Shown: positions 1 through 12,963, counted from the stretch's first letter. The stretch: 64,000 nucleotides of DNA from Pelomyxa schiedti (GCA_020536535.1 JAHLWZ010000093.1:1-64000); one strand, 5' to 3'. Notes: generated by a model from the sequence alone, not told the origin. A program made the numbers and translations.

Positions 1-600
1 GGTTGTGATCAGTGTGTCTGCACTTTAATCAGTTAGTTGTGTCATAGGGGGCAGCAGAACTCATCACAGTATGTTGGATGAACCGGGATGCCATTTGGAG
101 AGAAGCTCAAGCAGATGTCACATTTGAAGAATTATGGGTTTGACTGGGTGGGTTGGCAGAATGGTATTAGTACATGTAGAAAGCTGTAAGAAACGGGTAC
201 CATGCGTAGGTTACGAAACTCCTTGTAAATATTCGGCCGCCTATTCTAGGTTAGTTGTAAACTGCGGTACTAATGTGCATAAGTTACAAAGCTGAAGAAC
301 TAGTCCCTTTCATCAAGAAAAACAGCAGTAAACGAGACTTGACTTTCTTTTTGTTAAGTGTTTGTAGGGCCAGATAGCTTTAAAGTGCAGTTCAAATAAG
401 TAATTGGCGGAAAATCTGCAGTGCGCAGTTCTATATTCCACTATATTAGGGGATGGTAAATTGAGTGTGAAGTTTGTACCTTTTCTGAGTTTACCACGAT
501 GCAATACAAACCGTTAGTAATAAACCTGAGGAAGATTCCTGTCTGAAAGACAGAACAGTGTGTTTGCCGGATGAACTCATGAGCAGTATATGTAATTGGA
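1..600 (+). other. Possible 3' exons of an unidentified intron-containing gene cut by the window edge
   Basis: Several short open segments bounded by GT/AG (e.g. YKAEELVPFIKKNS at ~283-325); no recognisable motif. Confidence 0.2.
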
Positions 601-611
601 ATACAAGTACA

Positions 612-690
612 ACCGTAGTTGCCGGGAATCGAACCCGTAACAGCAGCCTGGGAAAGCTGCTATGAATCCATTTCACCCAACCACCACGGC
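612..690 (-). tRNA. Degenerate tRNA-like element (Gly/Glu-like; pseudo-tRNA or SINE head)
   Basis: Minus strand folds as acceptor GTGGTTG/CAACTAC, D-arm TGAA-ATGGA-TTCA, stem AGCAGC/GCTGCT with an 8-nt loop TTTCCCAG, and T-arm CGGG-TTCGATT-CCCG (canonical B-box GGTTCGATTCC). U8 is missing and there is no nearby T4 terminator. Confidence 0.45.
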
Positions 691-871
691 ACCATGACCA
701 GGTCGACTATTCATTGGTTTGGTAAACCTTATTATCTTGGGCAAACCAAAAAGTGGGCCATTTTGACACTTGGAGTGTCCACTTGTCCCCCATTTGGAGA
801 AAGGTAAACCCACCAGCCATCGGATGGAAATCCAGATGAAAAAAAAACCCAGAGAGGTGTGTCGGGAAGCT

Positions 872-887
872 GTCCCACCGGTGGGAC
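872..887. repeat. Perfect 16-bp palindrome GTCCCACCGGTGGGAC
   Basis: Sequence equals its own reverse complement; intergenic, between the tRNA-like element and the Rab gene. Confidence 0.9.
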
Positions 888-1261
888 TCGTGGGTGCGCC
901 CCCAACGGCGGCGAACACCTCCCGGCCAACTTGGCGCGAACCCAAGATCCTACGACAGTAGTTGAGTTCCTGAGATCGAACTCGTTGCGTTCTCTTTTTT
1001 TTTCGTTTTCTCCCTTGCCATCACAGTTGCTGAATGGGAGGAAACGTCGGCTCCTGAGACTTCTCAGATTCAGGGTGTTGGCTTTGGCAAGGACACTGGC
1101 TGTGGGTCTAAGAGTCTTAGAGGTTCCTCCTTCAAGTGCCCAGATTTTTGAGAAAAACGAATCTGTGTGGTACTTCGTAGACAGCTACGCCGTTGTGACA
1201 AATACAGATCGTGCAAACAAGTACCCGTTTGGTGTTGAAGTAGCGTCGGTACAAGTTGGTT

Positions 1262-2291
1262 ATGGGACAGTGCAAAAGCAAGGAAGAACCACACGACGGT
1301 GAGCCCGAGGAAGATGACGACGACGAGAGGAGAGGTAACCCCTAAAGGAAACATGCACATATATAGCAAAAACAAACAGAGTCAACATCAAGTAAATTAA
1401 GTAAACAAACGAATAATAAAATAACAAAAAACCAAAAGTGAGGGTTAAGAGGAAGGGAGACCCTGGATATAAAATTGTGCTACTGGGCGAATCAAATACT
1501 GGCAAGACGTCCTTAGTGTCACGCATCACACGGAACACGTTCGCGAGCGACCAACCAAACACAATTGGGTACACTTAGACTTTTTTTTCCTTCAACCAAG
1601 TTCACAACTTCCAGAGCAACATTTCAGGTCCACAACGCCACTGTAAATGGTAAAACATACAAATTAGAAGTATGTGCGTAAAATGTGACTCCTTTACCAT
1701 ATTAATATTGTAATAGTTATGGGATACTGCAGGTCAAGAAAGGTTTTTTTTTTTTTTTTTTTTTACCTCTCAATTATTTAATTCACCACTTCTCATTCGC
1801 AAAGATATCGCTCACTCACTCCAATGTACATGAGAGGCGCACATGCCGGAATTATTGGTATCCTTTTCCTCCGTGATTCCAGTTCACTAATTTCTTTTCT
1901 CCCTATCAGTGTATGATATAACCAGCAAGGTACGCTCTTCTTTGGTTTTTTTATTCTTAAATTTCACACATATGTACAGGCTTCCTTTGATATGATGAAA
2001 CAGTGGGCCGACGACCTCAAAGCCACAGCTTCCGGTGGTTGTGTTGTTGCTATTATGGGCAACAAGTCCGACCTTGAGGACAAACGCACCGTAGAAAAAT
2101 CTCTATGCGAGGAGTATATCAAGACAATAGACAGCAGCCCCCCAGACCCAAATGGTGGCTTTCTACGTTTTTCAGCATTCTCGGAGGTCAGTGCCATGAC
2201 TGGTGAAGGAGTTCAGGAAACATTTGACTTACTTTGCCAAAAACTAGTATCTGTGCACTCACCCTCCTCCTCTGTAACAACAAAGTCCTAA
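1262..2291 (+). CDS. Rab-family small GTPase (Rab5/21/22-like), multi-exon, N-terminal MGQCKSK motif, no C-terminal Cys motif
   Basis: Spliced model gives YKIVLLGESNTGKTS (G1), [24 protein letters not shown] (G3), GNKSD (G4), EVSAMTG (G5). ATG at 1262 joins in frame via intron 1335-~1438. Confidence 0.85.
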
Positions 2292-2464
2292 AAACCCAAC
2301 CCCAATGCACACTGCAACCAACAACAACCCAAATTGTAACACTTCTGCTAATTCTTTCGTCTCTTCTATTTTTCCATTTTCTTTCTAAACACAACGAAAA
2401 TTAATCAATTTGGCGTTTTGCCCGTTGATCGTCGTAGCACGAGCTAGGGTTCACGCTTTGACAC

Positions 2465-5400
2465 ATGACGACGCAGGGGAGTGGTGTCGGCGCCAACTTG
2501 GTTTCAGGTGGTGACAGCGTAGGATCTTACAGATCGTTTTTGTCCCTGGCCGGCGCCGCCCAGAGTGTGTCTATGTCAAAATTTAATTTAATGAAAGAAA
2601 TCCACACCAATAGAAATGACAATTACTACGAACTTATTTAGTTATTCTATCTTTATTTTGATTGCCTAACTCTGGGAACAGACAATTTCATGTCTAGGTT
2701 TTGGACCTCCACCAGTTTGTTTTTTCCATCCCTCTTTTTTCAATCTAACTTGAGTGAATAAGGTGGGAGCAAAACGATTGATGAGAGTCCACAAGTCCTC
2801 AATGAAGTGTTCCAACACTCAGGGGAATCAATCAACTTGAAAGGTGAATCTCTGGTACCCTTGGCACTTGTTCTTAGACCTAATAACAGGTCTAAGCTAT
2901 GGTGAGGAAGGAGCTAAAGCTTTTGCAACAGTTATTGCGGGAAAGCTTGATCTCACCACATTACAGTTGGGTGGAGGTAATAAGTTCCAAAGAAAAATCC
3001 AATTCACAAAGTTAAGGTCTTTTCCCGATCGAAATCGTAAGAACAATATCTTCAGCTCTATGCTGCAGCAATTCTCTTACTGATCTCTCTTTCACAGGTT
3101 TCATTTCATCTCTTGTGTTCTCACTCAAAACCATATTAAATAGATGGGAACATTGGCTTTGACGGTGCCAAGGTATTGTCAACAGTCATTACTACCAAAA
3201 AAATTCTTAGAAAGTTCAATATCTACGGTATGAGAACCAAGTAATGGTGCATTTTTAATTTGCATGTTGACAGGCAACAACATAGGGCCTGAGGGTTCTG
3301 TGGTGTATGCTTACATACTCCAAACCAACTCCTGCCTCAAGACTATAAATCTTGCGCGTATGACAATTTACAGCAACTCCTAACTGGAATAAGTGTATTT
3401 TAGGGAACAATATTGGTCCAGATGGCATGAAACCATTTATTGATGCATTAAGAGTCAATACTACGCTTACTGAGCTGGATTTAGAAGGCAATCCATATCT
3501 TGTAATCCTTGTGTTTTTAAAAAGTTGTAGGAAATAACATTGGTGACAGAGGTGCAACCTATCTTTGTACAGGATTGAAAGCAAACAATACAATTACCTC
3601 ACTAAATCTGTCAAGTATATTCTGACTGACCTCTTGAAAAAATGAATAACAGTCACAGAAAACAATATTGGAAATGATGGATCTCTAGTGCTGGCCAATG
3701 TATTACAGCACAATACATCCATTACTTCACTACTTCTGGGAGGTAAATCTTTGAACCGTTTCCCATTCGTTTAATGATGTGTAGAAAACAAGCTCGGACC
3801 GATTGGTGCCAGAAACATTACTACTACACTTGAGCAAAATGCTACATTGACATCCCTTCATTTGGAAGGTTTTTGTCACTTTGTCGGTTCACAGTTATAT
3901 TCAACAGTTCCCAGACAACAATATTGGCCCTGAAGGTGGGAAAGCAATATCCGATTGTCTCAAGTCGAATGACGAGCTCTTAGAACTAGTTATCGATAGT
4001 TGAGAAGTGGTTTTTATTTGATTGAATAATTGTAAGCAGAGAATAATATTGGAATTGGAATTCAGCACATTTCTGAGGCCCTTATAATGAATTGTACACT
4101 CACTAGCCTTTCATGTGCCTGTAAGTGAGACCTTTATGAATGGCGAACTTATATCACCAGGCAATGCAATTGGACCTGATGTCGCAATGGGACTAATTTT
4201 TGCACTGAAGTTGAACAGCACTCTAACTTTTCTTGATGTTCAAGGTAACAACTACCCACCAAATTCTTCTTTTCCCCACATCAAATCAAGGAAACGAACT
4301 TGGTGTAGAAGCTCGTAATTTTCTCACAGAAACTTTGCGATCAGGCAACAGTACCCTGACAGCTTTGTCTATTGAGTGTACTTTTTTTTAAATTTTACTT
4401 TATGCTGAACATTCTCAGCAAATCAGTGCGACCCTACCGTTTCAGCACTCCTTGCAGCAAATGAGGCATTTTCACGAAGTATCGCAGCTGAATTCACTGT
4501 GCCAGAAGAGACACTATGCCAGAAAGAGGGAGCGGATTGCCGGAGCCTTTTTTCTGAAGCTCTGTGGAGATGCGTTCTTGCTGCAGATGTACCTTCTGTA
4601 ATTGCCCTCCTCAACTTGTATACGCACCACATTGCCCACTGGGGGTTAACCTCTGAGCAATGTGTGAACAGAACTCCAAAAAGAGTTGTCACTATCATAG
4701 ATTCATCGGCCACATCTTATTCCCTGTTGTGGCACGCATGTGAGCATAGTACGACTTGCATACATACGAGCTGTGCTCTGGTGCGGGCACTTCTTGTGAA
4801 AGGAGGCGTGGATATCTCTCATTTTGATACTCATGCGGCAGGCGAGCTGGTTTTGATGCTGTCCAAGTTGTCTACTTCACATCAACATTTCTGTAAATCA
4901 GTAGGTGACCCTCACGGTTGTGGTGCGGGAGCACCTTTTGACCTTGAATGGACAGCAGTGAGAATATGGGCCAGAGCTGGCAATTGGGCTGCCGTTTCTG
5001 AGGCACTTTCTTCCCACAGAGGACCTTCAATTTACAACAGACAAGTTGCCAATTTATCACACTTGCATCTTTCTACCCTGCCAAAAGCTATTGCCGAGAA
5101 ATTAGTCTGTCAGGGTTGGATGACCATTGACCTTTCTGGAAATCACTTGAACTCGCTTCCATACTCTCTGCACCTCACTCGGAATCTCCATGTTGAAGGA
5201 AATCCTCTCTCTGAAATTCCTGCAAATTACCGATCGGGAGACTACCCAACTCGTTCGCTGCAACACTGGCTTAGATTTGGCGGTCCTCCTTCGGAGGTAT
5301 GATAAGCCCATTTGTAAAACTTCTAATCTACAAAGTGGGTTCACCGGAAACTGGTGATAGTTGGGGAAGAGAATGTAGGGAAAACTACACTCCTGCAATG

Positions 5401-8400
5401 TCTCTCCAAAGGAAAGCCCATTAAATCCAAGAGAAGTGTAGCTACAAATGGAATTTCTATACACTCACCTTTCCAAATGAATAAAAACAGTGCTTTGAAG
5501 TGGGTTGCCTGGGACTTCGGTAAATCTCCCCTCTGGTATTTCTCGTTTCACATTTTTCAGGTGGCCATGAGGTCCTTTATCCATCACACCAGGTTGAAAT
5601 GTACTTTTTCCCCACTTTCACGTGACTTCTTCCATTACAGTTTTTCTTGGGAAGTAACTCTGTCTTTGTTGTTGTGGTAAATGCTGCCACTCTTGTAACT
5701 CCCAAGACGTCGGAGCTCCCTCTCTCTTACAAGCGAGTTCAATATTGGTTGAATCAAATACATGCATCCCAGCGGCAAATCGTTGGTGTTGGCGGGGTGG
5801 GGGGAATCACTGGTGGAAGTAATATAAGCTTTACACCTTCAGAGGGCTTTGGTGGCGGAAGCTCTACAAAAATAGTACTTGTTGGCACACATGCTGATGT
5901 AGTTGGTGTAGATACTGCGGCCGAATCTCTCCTCAGCGTATTTGATAATGACAATACACCACGAGAGGCTTTACGCTGTGTCTTTGTATTGAGCAGTTCC
6001 ACTGGGGAAGGAAGATGTGTGCGCAAAGGTGGAAACCATGGTGTTGTGCATACTAATGAATCTACTTCATCCAGTTCCAATGCTATCCAGCTACTATGCA
6101 AGTATATTGAAGAATTGGCATCAGAAAAAGTGTATGTCCCTGACCGCTGGGTGATTTTACATGATAGATTGGCTGGAGGTTCAAGTGGAAGTAGTTCAGC
6201 CTCCCCTCCCAAGGGAGCTGCAACCGGCACTGCAGAGCAAGAGCCCATCATGCAGTGGAAACATTTTGCTTCAGTAGCATCTCTATGTGGTGTTAGTTCA
6301 GATGAAGATCTTTTGTGGTGCTCTAACTTCCTGAGTGATGCCGGTACTATTATCCACTTCCGTAAGACTGTTACTGCGACAGTACTTGAAGAAGCCGTTG
6401 CAAGCGATGTTGTAAGTGTTACAAGTAACGACCATGGCGGTCTCGTATTACAAAGTAACCCCAGTGATGCACCTATTGACCTGGAGGATATTGTAGTATT
6501 AAATCCACTGTGGCTTTCCCGCGTTATGAAATCTGTTATAACCATCGGAAATAACAATTCCTGGATCAAACTAGGATTCCTACAATCTTCCAATGTACCA
6601 CATCTGTTTGCTGAGTTCCCAAAGCCTACCCACCACGCTCTTCTTCAATTACTACAGCAGTTTGAAATCGCTCAAGAAATGCATGACAGTTCTTTCCTCT
6701 TTCCCTGCTTGCTTCCCCCAACTCCTACACCCCCTCCTACATCGCCATGGTGGGTCGTACCAGCGTCAAGCTCTGACCCTTCTCACACGACAGATGCCGA
6801 AAGAGGAATGTTCATGGGAAGAGTGTTCCGGCTTCAGTTTATTCCTGTTGGATTTTTCTCTAGATTGATGTCCAGAATTCTTAGTGTTAATTCTGTGCTA
6901 CCAGGCTTGCTGTGGAAGGGGGGCATTACCGTTCTTCATAGGACCCCTCGCCAACAGAGTCAGTTGCCATCTGTAGCACTTGTTACTTGCGATGACAGCC
7001 AGTTTGTCTACATTCACGTTTACTCTACAATGTCTCCATCAAAGGAGATTACCACTACTGCATCAAGTGAGAGTTCTATATCGGAAGCTGACCCTTCTGC
7101 ACTACCCCACTCCACCCCGCCCTCGTATTCACGCTACGACATTAATAGTGGGGGAAGTATATTTTTGGGTCTAATTGTCAGTGTGGTTACAGCATTTGTC
7201 AAAAACCAGTATCCTATTCTGTTTCAGGATATTTCTCAACACTGTGCTTGCCCTTACTGCCTTACAAAGACATATCTGGGTGAAACACACTCCGCTGAGT
7301 CTGCCCCTGTCGGTGCTTTCTCTCCTACACCGTCATCTGCCCATCACTTTCACTTGCGGGAATGTGTTGATCTTGTCCGACGTGGAGAAACGACTCTGTT
7401 GTGTCCAACACAACATTCGGGATCGCAGCAGGTTCCCGTGTCATTACTGGCACCGGATATCGTACTTCTTCCATTAATCGACCCATCGGAACTGCAAGTG
7501 TTCAGTTCACAGGAGACCTCGACGGAAAAAGTCAAAAATCCTCAACCCAGTACACAGGCTTTCTGCCAAACAGGGGCTTATGGCAAAGTGTTTAAAGGAT
7601 TGCTGAGAGGAAATCAAGTAGTGGCGGTAAAAGAGTCACTTTCAGAAAGATTGCCAAGCTTTGTGGACTTGGCACTTGAGTGTGAGGTTATGTGCCGCGT
7701 TCCACCACATGATAATCTTGTACACTTCTGGGGAGTATGTTTACAACCTCGCTTACGTGTTATCATGGAATTTATTTTCCCTGCTTATTGTCCAAGGTTG
7801 GAGAGTGTTCTTGGGGGTGTTGGTATTGTTGGAAGTTCTGCTTTGAGCAGCCCAGATCTGATGAAACTTATTACGGTTGTGGCTAATGCCTGCACTAAGT
7901 TGAATCCAGAAACCGCAACTGCGGGTAAGCCTGGTGCAAGCAATTCTGTTGGAATAGCTGGCGTTAAAATTGAAGATGAATGTACTCTTATAAAATACCG
8001 AGAAACACTGGAGTATGTCATTCCAGTCCATTTGCGAAAGAAGATTCTTCTGGATATTGCACAGGGCCTTAACCACCTTCATACACAATCACCATCTATT
8101 GTTCACGGAGACTTGCATTTAGGTTTTAACAATCTTTTTTTTTTTAATTAACAAAAACACATAGGCAATATTCTAATATGCTCTCTGGACCCTACTGGTG
8201 AAGGACCTTGGGCAAAGGTTTCCATAAAAAACGCCTCAGATTGTTCTAATTTTCAGCTAGATCACCGATTTTGGCTTGGCCCAGTATCTGTACGTTTCTA
8301 TTTTGCCTCTCATTACCTTAACGAGGCCAGGTATGGAGGTGCAGCTGTAGATAGAAGACAACGACTTCCTGTTAATGTATTTGCCCCCGAAGGTTTGTCA

Positions 8401-10933
8401 AATATCAGTCCCACAGCAACTCATTTCCACCTAGTCATCCGGGGTTCAAAAATTGACACCAAGGCCGATGTTTGGAGCTATGGTTTTGTCTTGAAATTGT
8501 TTCTTTTTTTTTGTTTACACATGTAGGCATGTGCGTGCGACATTTTATTGACCCCTTTACACCAGTCTTCAATCCTTCCGAGGTTTCTCATTTCAACATT
8601 GTTTGTAACTAACCCCATAGTAGATAGGTACTGATGATTTGGAAGCGCGGGAGGCAGTTGGCTCAGGAAGAGCGGTGCCGCACCCTCCACCTCATAGTCC
8701 TTCTGGTTGGACCTGTCCCCCATGGGCATCCACTCTTATGACCTGGTGCTGGGCTCCAGTTTCTAAGACAAGACCAACATGTGCCCAGATGATTTCTTAC
8801 TTACAAAGGTAACAGTTACTGCCTTGCCATTACTGATTTTTCCCAGTGGCTACACTCCATTTAAATTTACCTTGAACAAACCATGCTATAGCACACACTT
8901 TGTGACACCTGAATCGCAACAACAACCGGGAATTGTTCCACTCCCTCCGACTCCCGGATTGACATCCGCTTCTTCAGCTCCATCAATCCCAGAAGGCTAT
9001 CAGGCACACCCACGCTGTCATGTTGTTGCATGCGTGGGAACGCGCTTCTGGTGTGGATTTGTTGATGGAACTATACTCGTTTTTGAGCACTGCACCGAAA
9101 GTGCGCAGCCTAATTCCGATTGCACCACTCCCAAAGCCGTACAACCTCCAGCAACTGGAACACCTTCTGTGGAGCCTCTACAGTGTCATAATACAAGTGT
9201 TGTCTGGCAGTGGACTGCTCACTGGGGCCGTGACCCTGGTGTTACCTCGATCATTTACGTCAAGCACGCCTTGGTTGCCATAAGGTATTTTACCATAGCA
9301 CTACAGGGAATTTCTTACTGTATGTAGTGCCTCAATGAGTGGGCAAATAAAAGTTTGGCATTCACAGACGTTCTCCCTTGTATGCCAGGTCACTCAGCAA
9401 AGTGCTTTACCCCTTCCTCCCCTGACGGCCCCACAAATTCCAACAGCACCCCCAAACCCTATTGTCAGTCACACACCGCCTCCACCACCCCCATCAACCC
9501 TTAGCAGTATACTAAGCACTACAGCCAGCCTATTCTCCCTCACATCATCAAGTTCATCATCGCAACCTGCAACTTCCAGCACTTCACAGAGACGTGCACC
9601 TGGTGTAGGGTGCCTTGCTATCTGTGGTGAGGTTGGCGGAACGGGATCGGCACAACAGTTGTGGACAGGTGACGTCCGAGGCAACGTATGCGTTTGGGAC
9701 TGCATTGATAGCGGCGTGGGTTTCAGTATCTGCTACCACACCACATTCTCTGTATCCAACAAGGTCGAAATCGCTTACACCACTCTTCCAACTCAATCCA
9801 CATCGTCATCCCACAGTGCATTTCGGAATGCACTTCCAACAGATGGAACTCAGCCACACACCTATTCTCCTTCATTACTCCCATCACCAGTCGAAGCAAC
9901 GAACACAGACTCCTCAACCTCCGACGCACCACTCGCTACCGCCTCTCTTCCCCCACCCCCCACACTCTTGCCAAGCGGTGAAGTCATCTCAATGGCATCA
10001 CTATACAATACCATGCTAGTTATCTGCAAACGGGGAGCCGTCATAGCCTTTGACACCAACTCACTCACACCCCTCGCCCTCTACACCCACACATCACTCG
10101 ACTTGAGCAAGCAGTCACTATCATGCCTGATAGTTGCCGCATGCCACAACATGCACCACCCGCAGCAAACGGAAAGGAAGCAACCCACCGGCAAAATGAT
10201 ATCACTTTGCGAGCACCGGCTACCCAGCTCCCAATCCCAAGCACCAACACCAACACAAGAAACCACCGGGCCCAACGCAGCATCGCCGGCGACGCCCCTC
10301 AGTGTGTGGATAGGAACCAAATGCGGAACAGTGGCCGGGTGGAGGGTCACACACCAACCCGGCGATGTTCCCCCATACACACTCACACCAACATGCTCAT
10401 TCAAAGCCGGAGACGAAATGGTATCTGACCTGAGCTGCGCCTGCGTATCCTCTCCCTCCCACAATCCTCTCCCAGCAACATCAACATCAACTACCACCAC
10501 CACCACAACAACCTCCAGTCCGCGTCGCTCCGGTTCCTCATCATCATCCACATCCACATCCACATCAGCATCATCATCGCCGGCATCCTCAGTATCATCG
10601 GCATCATCACCCAGTGACCATCACTACGCATCGACATCGTCGCGAATCCACCGGCATGTTGTTGTTGGGGCTCTGATGAGCAGCGGATTCTCGTGCTGGG
10701 ACGCACAGCTTTTCACGCCGGTGTGTAGCTCAGGGCCTATTCACAAGGGGTTCGCTCTTCGGCGGGTGGCGATTGGGCCTCCTGGGGGCGTGTGCCACCA
10801 CCCACACGCCACAAGCGTAATTGTGGGAGCGGACCAGCTGGCCCTGTCGACCATTGCTACGATGTCTGACAGGAACACCCTCCACGTGTGGTGCACTGAA
10901 CCTCAGGAATCTACAACAAAGTCATTCCTATAG
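2465..10933 (+). CDS. Roco protein kinase: RI-type LRR array - ankyrin-like - LRR - Roc - COR - TKL kinase - WD40-like C-terminus (multi-exon)
   Basis: About 12 NNIGxxG LRR exons; GEENVGKTT P-loop; WDFGGHEVLYPSHQFF; COR motif IVVLNPLWLSRVMKSVIT; kinase GAYGKV, VAVKE, HGDLHLGN, ITDFG, APE, DVWSYG; beta-rich tail (VWDC, VWIGT, VWCT). 5' start is inferred. Confidence 0.9.
2890..4376 (+). repeat. Array of ~12 LRR exons of 81-87 nt (mostly 84 nt) separated by ~40-55-nt phase-1 introns
   Basis: Counted exons such as GNIGFDGAKVLSTVITTKKILRKFNIY and NNIGPEGSVVYAYILQTNSCLKTINLA, each 2 nt + 27 codons + 1 nt. Confidence 0.85.
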
Positions 10934-11110
10934 CTCTCGAATAGAACTAGAATATAAGTTCCTTTTTTTTTTAATAGCTTCCAAAAAAAGAAAGATCTCA
11001 TGAGATTAAAGAGTTGGGTATCCACAAACAGGGTTGTTATTCAAGTTACTTGATGGTGCTTGTTTAGTAATACAAAAAAGATACAAGAGAAGAGAATAAT
11101 AGCGGGTGTG

Positions 11111-12963
11111 TCAAGGAGTGGAGGTGTACACTCTGACCAAATTGTCCCAGGACGCCGTGAATAGTGCGTCACCCGAGGGATTCAGAGACACAGCTGTAAG
11201 CCTGCCCAAGGCACTTGTATCTCGCCAAGCCATTCTGCTGGACAGAACTGACCAGGCTATTAGCACGCCATCGTCGTAGCATGCAAATAGACTGTGCCCG
11301 CTCGCGGAAAATGCAACGCTGGTGATTACACGTAATGTTGATTCGCTTTGAAATACGGCAGCTGCACGGGTCGACCGCCGGTCGTATACACGGCAAATTG
11401 GTTCGTCTGTTCATTGTAAGTGTGGCTAAGTCGATGGAATTAATTCAACAAAACCTCCGGCAGCTGCGAATAGAATTCCATTGCCGGAAATACATACGGA
11501 ATAGATGTCACTGTAGGCATCGCGCCATGTGATGACTGGATTTTGGTCCCGTATGTCATAAATTCGCGTTCTTGCATCCGTTGCTCCACTCGCAAATTCA
11601 TTTGGATTTGTGGGGCAAACTGCCACTGACATCACATCACCCTGCAGTTTGTTTAGTTTGATAACTAAACAAGAACAGAATATTTTGGAATCCTACGGTT
11701 GAACCTGTGAATTTGGTGATTGCGGTTCCCGTTTCCACATCCCACAAAATGCAGGTTCCGTCTCCGGAGCTGCTCACGAGTCTTTCCGTAGTGTTCATGA
11801 ATCGCACTGTGGAGACATATCCTTCGTGCCCAAGAAATTCTTGGCACGGGTGACCACTTCCTGTCTTCCAGTCATACAAACTGACAACGTCTAAAGTGGT
11901 ATTAGATCATCCATAAACCAAAAAAAAAAACGAATGTGAACACTTACCGTCAAACCCACCACATACGGCATATTTGAGACATGGCGAAAGGACACTTGTA
12001 AGAATATAACTGGAGAGATGAGGAATTCCTAAAACGAGTGACAGTTTATGTTTCTTGGAGTTCCATTTCTAAGAAGATGAGTGATCATCATGTGACGTTA
12101 ATGGGAAAACAGCCACTCGTACCCATAGTCCTAATCTCGCATCTTTTGAGTTGGTGATAACAGTGTCATCGTTTCCGGCATACATGCCGTAGATATAGTT
12201 TGTGTGGAATGTTCCTTGTGCACTCAAGTGGAGATTCTCGTAGGATGGCTGGCGAATATTGAAGGGTCGGGTTGATGGTGAGCTCCCGAAGGATGGGATA
12301 ATTGAATGAAGTCTTGTAAGAAAGCTCTGTGGTTGCCGCTTTGGAGTGATCAGGGGGTCATTACACAGAGAATAGTTGCTAAGAACACACAACCCGCGGC
12401 CAGGAGGTCCCTTGAAAATACTGTACACCTACTCCAGTGAGTAAGTGAGAAGTAAACATACAGTATGTAATGAACAAGGGAAGACTCACCAGAGTTTTCC
12501 ACCTTTTGCACACCAGACAGCAAACAACAGCAGGTTTCACTCTCAGCTCATATAGAGCCACACCAAGCATGCACAAAGATACCTCAGCCCTCACTCCAGT
12601 ACCTCCAGAAGAATGAGAACAAGAATCAAGATACAATTCGCAGGATTCCACAGTTGTGCATGCACCAAATATGCCTTGAGCAAGTTCGAAATAGTCGATA
12701 GTCTGCGCTGTCACATTTGCGTAAGTGTTCGAGGATGCTTTGGTTGTGACAGCAGTTCCCGGCGGCGGAGGCAGCGAGGGCGGCGTGTGAGCGCGGTCAC
12801 CCACGTAAGGCGATAATGGGACGCCCAACGACGAGGAGTCAATTGGACCCGCAGCACCAAACGTAAACCCAAAGACCACCAACATGGGTTCGTCGGGCAA
12901 ACATGTCACAGATGTAACCGCCCTCGCTGCTCCCTTGTTTCTCCTTCTGTCTGATGACGCCAT
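11111..12963 (-). CDS. Split-F-box + G-protein-beta-like WD40 protein, copy B
   Basis: N-terminal LPDEPMLVVFGF...CLVCKRWKTL. WD blades match G-beta: LGHEGYVSTVRF, LVSSSGDGTCILWDVETG, GDVMSVA, ASGATDARTRIYDIR, LFTASWDNLVRVY. Stop at 11111-11113. Confidence 0.85.

Noticed and set aside
859-1302. 147-aa ORF upstream of the Rab
   Set aside because: No motif; overlaps the better-supported MGQCKSK exon in another frame.
1314-1334. Alternative Rab start MTTTRGE
   Set aside because: The ATG at 1262 gives an in-frame splice and a coherent acylation motif explaining the missing C-terminal Cys.
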